A stretch of 32,000 bases of DNA. Source: Paramicrosporidium saccamoebae KSL3 (lineage: Eukaryota > Fungi > Cryptomycota). A program made the translations under genes and the position numbers. The stretch covers positions 1-32,000 of the forward strand of contig MTSL01000112.1 of the NCBI GenBank assembly GCA_002794465.1. The letters run 5' to 3'. Positions 1-7,650 of this stretch are shown in pieces (within the stretch, counting starts at the first letter, position 1; each line of letters begins with the position of its first letter). Below the pieces are notes generated by a model. It was not told the origin of the DNA, did no database searches, and worked only from the letters and a program-made list of their open reading frames with translations.

Positions 1-136
1 GTCGAGTCCTGTTGGAACTGTTAAACCCTGTTAGAACTACTAAATCCCATTGTAATTTCCTGGATTTCCTGGATTCATCAGGTTTGCCAGAGCTACTAAA
101 TCTTGTGGAAAACAACAACAATCCTCTACGTCACAC

Positions 137-1606
137 CTATAGCCGGTTGTCAATGGGAAAGAGAAACAAGATTCCAATGGAACAAAGTCCAACCATCAGT
201 AGTCCCGGGGAGGTGGGCGATTTGCTCCATGACAGGCAGGAAATGGTTCGGGAATAGTCGGGGAGTGACACTGGCCCTTTGTGCAATTTTGGTTGCACAA
301 CCCTCATGGATATTTTGACAGTATCGGGAGTGACACTGACAACTTGCAGGACTTGTTCTTCAAAGAGCTGTCGACGACGCGGATCCAATCGTACTAAATG
401 CACCGTCCCCTCCACCCCCGCCATTGCCACAATACTATGAAATGGAGAAACCTGCACATCCAAAAGAGCCGCATTAAAGGTGCCTGCAGGCACAGTTTGA
501 CGATCAACAAGCGAATCAGACGGAAGAGCACGCACTCCGCCATCAGAGTCAGCCAGGATCCACACGTCATTAAGGGGCGACCATCGCACCAACGGCACTA
601 ATGCCAAGGTGGAGAGAAGCGTCTGTGGATTGTGTGGACGACGAAGATCAATGAGGAGGGAGGGCGAGTCATGCACCCCAATTGCCAACAACATTGCATC
701 AGAGGAATGGAATGCCACCGAAGTCACTGGTCGTTTCGAAGATTGCAATCCCGCAATACATTCCACTCGGTCATTGTGAATCCTCCACAACAGAACCAAA
801 CCATTGGCAGTCCCAGTGGCAATGCGCCCTCTTATGGAAGGACACCATTCCACTCCCGTGATTACGTATTCATCGTCACCAATCAATATACTGTTTTCCA
901 GGGAATAAGTGCCGACTGGATGATCTGGAACCGACCAAACTCGCACTTTGCCATCACCAAACAAGGCGAGGAGAGTGTTGCGTGAGTGGGGACACCATCG
1001 TAGGGAGCGCACTAATCCGAATTGATGAGTGATGGTAGCAACATGAGCCGAAGAAACATTTGGGGCAGTTTTCTGGGTTGTATACCGATACAATTGGATG
1101 GGCGAACAGTGTTCCTCATTGGTCATAGTCCAATGGTCTCGAAATCCATAATAAGGAAAGGTGGCCACAGCGAGCAAATCGCTGGCTGCATCCAAGGCAG
1201 AAATGCCTCCGGGTCCCACACAGACATGATGGACATGTTCATCGTCAATATGCACATTAAATTTTGCAGCAATTTCAACATTATTGCTGACATGTTCCAT
1301 CATGGGGATGGTGCTAATCCATTCCTCCTTAATGTTCTTCTCTTCCACAACAGTAACCCATTTGCTCCCCTGACAGACTTCCCTCCATTCTCCAATATCC
1401 AGCAATCCCGCTATTGTCCGAGTCGCCCGTTTCGGCGGCCTTCCTCTCCTCCGTGGGGTATACACCCGTCGTGGGGTGACTGGCCGTTCCTCGCTAGATG
1501 GAGACTCGGGTATAGCCTCTTCTTTCTCGTTCTCAGAATGTCCGTCCGTGTCAAGGTCAGTGCTGCGCAGACGGGCTTGCAGGGCAGCATTCCGTTTAGG
1601 TCGCAT
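137..1606 (-). CDS. WD40-repeat protein with N-terminal AT-hook; likely RNA polymerase III factor TFIIIC tauB subunit (Tfc6/Sfc6/GTF3C2-like)
   Basis: ORF 137..1642 has its first ATG at 1606 (MRPKRNAA). It has an AT-hook (RRRGRPPKR) followed by WD40 repeats (SLRWCP..LLALFGDGKVRVW; GVEWCP..IATGTANGLVLLW). AT-hook plus WD40 with an 'LLAV' segment matches my recollection of Sfc6/GTF3C2; orthology is inferred. Confidence 0.65.
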   Translation of the reverse strand: MRPKRNAALQARLRSTDLDTDGHSENEKEEAIPESPSSEERPVTPRRVYTPRRRGRPPKRATRTIAGLLDIGEWREVCQGSKWVTVVEEKNIKEEWISTIPMMEHVSNNVEIAAKFNVHIDDEHVHHVCVGPGGISALDAASDLLAVATFPYYGFRDHWTMTNEEHCSPIQLYRYTTQKTAPNVSSAHVATITHQFGLVRSLRWCPHSRNTLLALFGDGKVRVWSVPDHPVGTYSLENSILIGDDEYVITGVEWCPSIRGRIATGTANGLVLLWRIHNDRVECIAGLQSSKRPVTSVAFHSSDAMLLAIGVHDSPSLLIDLRRPHNPQTLLSTLALVPLVRWSPLNDVWILADSDGGVRALPSDSLVDRQTVPAGTFNAALLDVQVSPFHSIVAMAGVEGTVHLVRLDPRRRQLFEEQVLQVVSVTPDTVKISMRVVQPKLHKGPVSLPDYSRTISCLSWSKSPTSPGLLMVGLCSIGILFLFPIDNRL

Positions 1607-1639
1607 CAGTCGTTGGTAGGGGTGTAGGTCAATGACCCG

Positions 1640-1797
1640 CAATCAGAAAACAGTATATGCAGCCAGAAACTATTATTTGCAATCAGAAAATATCATCTGT
1701 GACCCGACACTATCTACAACTAGGCACTAGACACTAACTACGAATAGACACTATCTGCAACCGGAAACTATCATTTGCAACCAGAAAATCTCATCTG
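1640..1797. repeat. Degenerate 20-bp minisatellite, consensus CAAYCAGAAA(A/C)TATCATYTG, with shorter ~17-bp GACACTATCT-type units in the middle
   Basis: Units at 1640-1659, 1660-1679, 1680-1699, 1758-1777 and 1778-1797 (e.g. caatcagaaaatatcatctg, caaccggaaactatcatttg, caaccagaaaatctcatctg). Confidence 0.85.
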
Positions 1798-1870
1798 CAG
1801 AACGATGGCGTCGAATCAACTTTAACCCTCACAAAAGTAAATAATTCCCTCTTCATATACAAGCTCTATT

Positions 1871-2138
1871 CTATACTATAATGCCTCGTCCCTCTACATC
1901 ATTCTTCGTCCTCTGGATGTCTGCCTCGTCATACACAACACGTATCATCAAGGAACAACTTGGACACTTGGCAATCTCTTCTCCATCTGCAAGTTCTTCC
2001 TAAACATGAGCAAAACTATTCTAAAAGTACAAGGGTGATTTGGAAACGGTCGCCACACGGACACGGATAATAATAAGTCCCTAGACTAGAGTCGTATTCA
2101 AAGTCTTCGATTTCCACCTCGTCGTACACGGCGGTCAT
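1871..2138 (-). CDS. DPH3: Diphthamide biosynthesis protein 3 / Kti11 (CSL zinc finger), 78 aa, one 31-nt intron (2000-2030)
   Basis: Hand-spliced product [36 protein letters not shown]|[24 protein letters not shown]... carries the [18 protein letters not shown] and CPSCSL motifs. Not in the ORF track. Confidence 0.97.
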
Positions 2139-2340
2139 CCCGTTGACCAATCATAATGGAGTACTGGTTATAGAAAAACTCCCGATTTGGGGTGTATTAA
2201 CATTCAACTTTTACTTATTACCGTCTCGTTAGCTTTTCTGTACACTCGAAAGCATTTAATATGTGCTTGGTTGCTCACTCATGGGGTTTTTGCAATCGGT
2301 GCATGCAGCACATTCCGGGATTGTGCCAGGGTCAGCTACG

Positions 2341-4596
2341 ATGCTTGCGTCGACATCATCGCTTTTTGCAGTTGACAAGGTACTGGAGCCGATCTACACT
2401 GGCGGCGCCTGTCATGTTAGTGTCGACTCTACTGAAAAGGAGCTGCTGCTTATGAGGTCGGGCTCTTTGTTTGCTCTCCGTGACCCTGAAACTGGTATCG
2501 CAGCGAGCATCCTTCAAATGGACGATGAAGAGAATAATGTGACCGTCTTTGCCATGAAAGATGCACAGACCTTGGTTACTTGCAATACCAATAATGTATT
2601 TGAAGTGTGGACGATGGGCTTGCCCGCCTCGCCTATCCACTCTTGGAAGGCTCATGCATCTCCCATTTTGGTACTGACCCATCATGCGACCCTTCCCCTT
2701 TTGGCCACCGGCTCGGCCGACCATGGCGTGCGAGTTTGGGATAGTTCAAAATCATACTGCACTCACAACCTAAAGGGTGTTCACGGAGCCATCGTGACTG
2801 TCCTTGCATTCCATCCTGATCCCAGCATTATGCACCTATTCTCTGCCTCTGAAGACGGCACCATTGCCGTATGGGATCTGCATGAGAGCAGGGCAATCAA
2901 GGCTTTGAAGGGGGCGCATGTAAGTTCTGTGACTGCTCTGTCTGTCAGTACTTGTGGGGGGCTATTACTGAGTGCCGGACGTGATCAGATTGTCAACATT
3001 TGGAATTTAAACCAAGCCTCGACAAAACCTACAAAGACTATTGCAGTCCTTGAAGCTGTAGAATCTGCGGGATGGCTCACTGACAAGCTGTTCTTCACGG
3101 CTGGTGAAAAGGGAATTGTCAGACTTTGGGATGCCGCTTCTGGTCAATGTGTTCTTAGTAGCGCTGTACTTGGCACTGCTGGACATTCTATTACTCAAGT
3201 AAAACTACTCAGAGAACAGCTGGTCGCCTTTACAAGCGATTTGTTCATTTTTTACTTGAATCCTGCCGATCTAAGCGTGTCGAGGACGATGGTTGGACAT
3301 CACGGGGAAATTACCGATTTGACAATTTGCAATGATCGAGTTGTACTGAGTACTAATGGACCGCAGTTACGTCTATACCAACAAGAACTGACCCACCAAT
3401 GTCGCCTGTTGGTGGGACATGACGAAGCTGTCATTTCACTAGTGTCCAAGGACGAGGTGATGGTTTCGGGCTCTCGCGACCACACTGCAATTGTGTGGAA
3501 TGACTTTGAAATGGTCTGTAAATTGGTAGGACACACAGATGTCGTCAGTGCAGTGTCAATGGGAAACAAAAGCACCGCTCTCATTGCTACCTCCTCTGCT
3601 GATATGACATTAAAATTGTGGAATTTTAATGGAAAGGAGGCAAAATTGGCGTGGACGAGCAAAGCTCATGAAAAGGACATTAATCATGTCTGCTTCACGC
3701 CAAATGACAAGAATATCATCACTACTTCTCAGGACAAGACGGTTCGAATTTGGAAAGTAGAGGACGGGAAGCTATTGGGGACAATCAAAGGCCACAAGCG
3801 TGGAGTTTGGAGTGCCGCAGTGTCCCCTGTGGAACAACTGCTTGCCACAGCGTCGGCTGATCGGACCATCAAGCTGTGGTCTCTGGGTGAAGACTTTAGC
3901 TGCTTAAAAACATTGGAAGGACACAACAACTCTGTTCTCTGCATAGAATTCAGCAAGGATGGGAGTAGACTATACAGTGCTGGCTCCGATGGTCTCGTTA
4001 AAGTATGGGATATCAAAAAGAGTGAATGCATCTGCACCATCGATGCCCATTCTGATCGGATCTGGACCATGTTGAGGACTGAAGACGAAACATTGCTGAC
4101 TGGGGATGCAAGTGGAATCCTAAAAGTATGGCGCGACATGAGTGAAGAGGAGGCCTTGGCTGCACAGATGCTCCGGGATGAGACAATTATCAAGGAGCAG
4201 CAGCTCTCAAATATGATCATGAGAAAGGACTACACCAATGCAATTTTATTGGCGATGCAACTGGAACAACCCCATAGGCTGTACACCTTTTTCGGTCAAA
4301 TTGTTGACGGGCGCAGCATTCAAGAATCGATCGATCTACTTGCCCATCTTTTGGCAGCGTTTGATGAAACTCAAATTGGAAAGCTGACATGTTGGATCCG
4401 CGATTGGAACACTAGTCTAAAACGAGCATACATTTCCCAATTGCTGCTGCATGTGATTCTGAAAAAGCACAAGTCGCCCGCTTTGAAGGAAGTATTTGGA
4501 CATATTCAGCCATACACTGAACGTCATTTTGAAAAGATTGACGATTTGCTGATTGGATCTCATCTGATAGACTTTGTCGTGAACAAGATTAAATAA
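2341..4596 (+). CDS. UTP13: U3 snoRNA-associated protein 13 / transducin beta-like 3 (SSU processome WD40 protein)
   Basis: Start taken at ATG 2341 (MLASTSSLFAVDKVLEPIYTGG, the typical EPIYTGG N-terminus). About 13 WD40 repeats are followed by a Utp13 C-terminal domain (EQQLSNM..DYTNAILLAMQLEQPHRL..WNTS..PYTERHFEKID). Confidence 0.95.
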   Translation: MLASTSSLFAVDKVLEPIYTGGACHVSVDSTEKELLLMRSGSLFALRDPETGIAASILQMDDEENNVTVFAMKDAQTLVTCNTNNVFEVWTMGLPASPIHSWKAHASPILVLTHHATLPLLATGSADHGVRVWDSSKSYCTHNLKGVHGAIVTVLAFHPDPSIMHLFSASEDGTIAVWDLHESRAIKALKGAHVSSVTALSVSTCGGLLLSAGRDQIVNIWNLNQASTKPTKTIAVLEAVESAGWLTDKLFFTAGEKGIVRLWDAASGQCVLSSAVLGTAGHSITQVKLLREQLVAFTSDLFIFYLNPADLSVSRTMVGHHGEITDLTICNDRVVLSTNGPQLRLYQQELTHQCRLLVGHDEAVISLVSKDEVMVSGSRDHTAIVWNDFEMVCKLVGHTDVVSAVSMGNKSTALIATSSADMTLKLWNFNGKEAKLAWTSKAHEKDINHVCFTPNDKNIITTSQDKTVRIWKVEDGKLLGTIKGHKRGVWSAAVSPVEQLLATASADRTIKLWSLGEDFSCLKTLEGHNNSVLCIEFSKDGSRLYSAGSDGLVKVWDIKKSECICTIDAHSDRIWTMLRTEDETLLTGDASGILKVWRDMSEEEALAAQMLRDETIIKEQQLSNMIMRKDYTNAILLAMQLEQPHRLYTFFGQIVDGRSIQESIDLLAHLLAAFDETQIGKLTCWIRDWNTSLKRAYISQLLLHVILKKHKSPALKEVFGHIQPYTERHFEKIDDLLIGSHLIDFVVNKIK

Positions 4597-4776
4597 AGAG
4601 TTTTGAGTGTGAGGGTGAGTGTGTGAGGATTAGAGTGAGAGAGGGATTAAAGAGTTGGGAATAGAGGTTATGAAACGACATTATGATAGGACATTATGGC
4701 ATATTATGGCATGATTACATTGTGAAAAGCCTCTGGTTCTCTAGATTTATACACAAAAAGGGGCAAATTCCTTAAT

Positions 4777-5184
4777 ATGGATGGACGGCCATGGAGCGCG
4801 CCAGTTCCTCGTCACAAGACGCCCGTGGCGCCGGATAAGACTCTTACTCATTGGCTTGCTATAAAGTCCACCCTCCCAAGAGTACGCGCTTTGATAGTCT
4901 AATTGTAGTGTTGGCCGTTGGGCTATTATACCCTCTCTGAGGTGCAGAAACATTGCACTATGGACGACTGTTGGATGATAATTCACGGGATGGTTTTTAA
5001 TGTGACTGCATATCTGCCTTACCATCCAGGAGGAGTTGATGTGCTGATGGAGTATGCTGGTCAGGATGTCACGGTGCCATTCAGTATTTAGGGCGATTGT
5101 GTTGATGTGGTAGGAGAGTATCATTCATGGGTGAACTGGGAGCAGATTCTAGATACGTGTCTTGTGGGCAGACTGTCCGAATAG
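4777..5184 (+). CDS. Cytochrome b5-like heme-binding protein (Irc21/CYB5R4 N-terminal type), 116 aa, introns 4882-4908 (27 nt) and 5084-5113 (30 nt)
   Basis: Spliced product MDGRPWSAPVPRHKTPVAPDKTLTHWLAIKSTLPR|CWPLGYYTLSEVQKHCTMDDCWMIIHGMVFNVTAYLPYHPGGVDVLMEYAGQDVTVPF|REYHSWVNWEQILDTCLVGRLSE. It has the HPGG heme ligand and the second His (YHSWVN). The track's minus-strand ORFs here are shadows. Confidence 0.93.
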
Positions 5185-5490
5185 GATGTTGTACTTTACA
5201 CCGTACAATCACTGTTGTGGTTGGTATTGTCGCGTAGTGGGGATAATACCACGGACGGGAAGGGGGTTGTTCACTGCTAATCCTAGAATAGTATGAATAC
5301 ACATTTCACTGCCCTTAAATATCCAACAACTAGGTCTTTTCCAAACTAGGGAACTATCTTCAAATACCCGACTAATCAATCCTCTATGTCACAATAGGGC
5401 GATTGGCACCGCATCATTACAAGTCTGGAATCAATATCATCTTTTGCAACTATATCAATGTAAAGTCGATTTCAGGCCTTTTCCAGTGAT
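4820..5490 (+). repeat. Direct repeat copy R1 (b5 gene body plus ~300 bp of 3' flank)
   Basis: Aligns by eye to 6777-7540. Shared anchors include ggataagactctt, ggctattataccctctctgaggtgcagaaaca, gtagtgggga(t)aataccacg, ctaa(t/c)cctagaat, taatcaatcctcta and gattggcaccgcatcattacaagtctggaatcaa. Boundaries are approximate. Confidence 0.92.
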
Positions 5491-5566
5491 AGCAAGCTAA
5501 AGAAGCGGCGGCAGGACACCAAAACATCATTCCTACTCCCCTAATTGGAAAATACTAAATCTGAGT

Positions 5567-6550
5567 TTATTGCTTGTTCCCCACGATGAAAACGGTTACA
5601 GCAACTTGGTCCTTGCAATAACGCCGAACGAACAAATTCCAATTGGCTTCAATGTCTTTGACCAGTCCAGGTACAAATTTAAGTGTCTCAAGGTTGTTGT
5701 TATTTGTAAGTGGTATAAACATGAATACCAAATCTCCAGGACGGACTTCTAGTGCATTCTCAGCAGGAAGCTCGCATAGAGGAATAATATTGTAAGAGTC
5801 ATAATGTAGTCTGGAACTAACCAGATCCCGCTTTTCCACTTTACCGTTCCTGGAAACAAGAGCAACGGCGCCACCTGAGACTCGCAGCTTTACCATTTGC
5901 GCCTCAATCTCGGCCGACAATGCAGGAGCCACTAAATTGGTCCTCATCTTTACCATAGTTTCCCCTATATTGAGGTCGACATTATTCAACGGGTTATGGT
6001 TCCTGTACCAACTAAGCACGGGTTCGGGCTCGGCGACAGCTTGTCGCTTTGCTGGCCAGGCTAAATCGTCGCCGTGACGCTTTCGTACAGGAGATGCGGA
6101 ATCTTGCGACGATGTATCGTGACCAATTTTAAAACCAAACATGACAATCTCTGCTTTTCCAAGATATGGGTCGTTCAAGATGGCCCCGTGACCTTGGTTC
6201 GGTGCATTCGAAATGTATTCAAAGATCTTACCTCTATCCGCATGGTCACCAAATAACACAATGAGGATCGAATCGCCTGCCTGTATAAACCCCTCACCAT
6301 TAGGGAAAAGCATCCCTTTGTGGGAGCCGAAAGTCACTGCGATGAAATTATCTCCATATACCCTAATTCTAAAAGGGTCTAAGGTCAGTTCAACGTGGAA
6401 TTTTTCTTTTTGCAGGCTATAAGTGGATGCAGTGAGTTCTTCCCGCACCGGCGGAATAAGACCGAAACGCTCGCCAAAGGCCAGCGCACCAAAAGAAGTG
6501 GTCACAAAAGAGAGACCACAAAAAACGCTGAAGAGTATGGACTGCATCAT
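5567..6550 (-). CDS. Orphan protein, ~327 aa, with predicted N-terminal signal peptide and an internal basic NLS-like motif
   Basis: Uninterrupted ORF 5567..6736. The most plausible start is MMQSILFSVFCGLSFVTTSFGALA at 6550 (hydrophobic core then small residues). It contains PVRKRHGDDLAWPAKRQ. No family recognised. Confidence 0.75.
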   Translation of the reverse strand: MMQSILFSVFCGLSFVTTSFGALAFGERFGLIPPVREELTASTYSLQKEKFHVELTLDPFRIRVYGDNFIAVTFGSHKGMLFPNGEGFIQAGDSILIVLFGDHADRGKIFEYISNAPNQGHGAILNDPYLGKAEIVMFGFKIGHDTSSQDSASPVRKRHGDDLAWPAKRQAVAEPEPVLSWYRNHNPLNNVDLNIGETMVKMRTNLVAPALSAEIEAQMVKLRVSGGAVALVSRNGKVEKRDLVSSRLHYDSYNIIPLCELPAENALEVRPGDLVFMFIPLTNNNNLETLKFVPGLVKDIEANWNLFVRRYCKDQVAVTVFIVGNKQ

Positions 6551-6776
6551 CCCCTGCTGACGCCATTCCATTCCCCATATGTAGGGCTTGGCATCAATTT
6601 CTATTGGTACATGCGCTTGTGGCTGTTCAACAATTGTCAATTTCTTAACTGCCTGATCCGATGGCGCTAGATGGTGAAATAGTCTAATTCTATGCGATAC
6701 TGAACGGATACCGCCCACATTACAAAAGCCTTCCAACTCTACTCGCTATTGATAGTGTGTGAGCAAACGCCAATAG

Positions 6777-7140
6777 CCGCCTGCGGCACCGGATAAGACT
6801 CTTCCCATTGGCTTGCTATAGTCCACTCTCCCAAGAGTACGTGCCTTGGTATGTTGATTGTGGTGCTGACCATTAGGCTATTATACCCTCTCTGAGGTGC
6901 AGAAACACTGCAGTATGGACGACTGTTGGATGATAATCCACGGGATAGTTTTTAATGTGACTGCATATCCACCTTATCATCCGGAAGGGGCTGATGTGCT
7001 GATGGAGTATGCTGGTCAGAATTTCGCGGTGCCATTCAGTATCTAGGATGATTGTGTTGATGTGGTAGGAGAGAATCATTGATGGGTGAACTGGGAGCAG
7101 ATTCCAGATACATGTCTTGTGGGTAGATTGTCCGAATAGG
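6777..7140 (+). pseudogene. Decayed duplicate of the cytochrome b5-like gene
   Basis: About 88% identical to 4820-5184, but it lacks the start codon region. It also has a 2-nt deletion (gctatagtcc vs gctataaagtcc), a destroyed intron-1 acceptor (ttgtgg vs ttgtag), HPGG changed to HPEG, and an in-frame TGA replacing TCA (cattgatgg). Confidence 0.92.
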
Positions 7141-7205
7141 GTGTTGTACTTTGCATCGTAGCGTCATGTAGTGGGGATGATACCACGTACCTTGTCAAGC
7201 GGGAA

Positions 7206-7270
7206 GAGACGAGGTGAAATGAAATGAGGCGAGATGAAGCGAGATGAGACGAAATAAGACGAAATGAAAA
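7206..7270 (+). repeat. Degenerate pentanucleotide microsatellite (GARRY) x13
   Basis: gagac gaggt gaaat gaaat gaggc gagat gaagc gagat gagac gaaat aagac gaaat gaaaa; absent at the equivalent position of R1. Confidence 0.9.
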
Positions 7271-7362
7271 CTCGTTTGCTGCTAACCCTAGAATCACAAG
7301 GATGCAACTCCCACTGTTCTCCAATACCCAATTAATCAATCCTCTACATCACAGTCGAGTTA

Positions 7363-7450
7363 CACCTGTGATTTATATCGTATAATATTGTGCTTTGTAT
7401 CATAAAATAGTGATTATTAAATGGTGCTGTGCATCACAAAATCACTGGTG
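7363..7450. mobile_element. Possible 88-bp MITE-like insertion with 12-bp terminal inverted repeats
   Basis: The left end CACCTGTGATTT matches the reverse complement of the right end AAATCACTGGTG (CACCAGTGATTT) at 11/12. The interior is AT-rich, and the segment is absent from R1. No clear target-site duplication. Confidence 0.4.
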
Positions 7451-7650
7451 AGATTGGCACCGCATCATTACAAGTCTGGAATCAACATCATCTTTTGCAA
7501 CGATATCAATGTAAAGTCGGTACCATGCCTTTTGCAGCTATACCTAGGCCATAGTCTACAAGTTGTCTGGTACCACACTAGATGGTGCCAAAACCATATT
7601 GCACATTACGCCCTGAATCGTAGCCAATCAACGCCAACGCCAACACTCGG

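Larger units (their letters stand above)
6777..7540 (+). repeat. Direct repeat copy R2 (b5 pseudogene plus 3' flank carrying two insertions relative to R1)
   Basis: Same anchors as R1. Extra sequence lies at ~7206-7270 and ~7352-7450. Confidence 0.9.

Noticed and set aside
1-136. Short imperfect repeats at the window start (ctactaaatc x2, tttcctgga x2)
   Set aside because: Too short and truncated by the window edge to interpret.
1640-1797. CRISPR array
   Set aside because: The units are adjacent without unique spacers, are degenerate, and sit in eukaryotic context with no cas genes.
4597-4720. GA/GT-rich tract and cattatg repeats after UTP13
   Set aside because: Short low-complexity sequence without a regular period or telomere-type unit.
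4747-5302. Minus-strand ORFs 4747-5124, 5081-5302 (and their counterpart 6873-7079)
   Set aside because: They are antisense shadows of the spliced plus-strand cytochrome b5 gene and its pseudogene.
6777-7140. RIP (repeat-induced point mutation) as the cause of b5 duplicate decay
   Set aside because: T>C/A>G differences are as frequent as C>T/G>A, and the intact copy is undamaged. RIP is unidirectional and hits both copies.
4820-7540. LTR retrotransposon (LTR-ORF-LTR)
   Set aside because: The repeats contain a spliced host gene and lack TG...CA ends, PBS or PPT. The internal ORF shows no gag, RT or integrase motifs.
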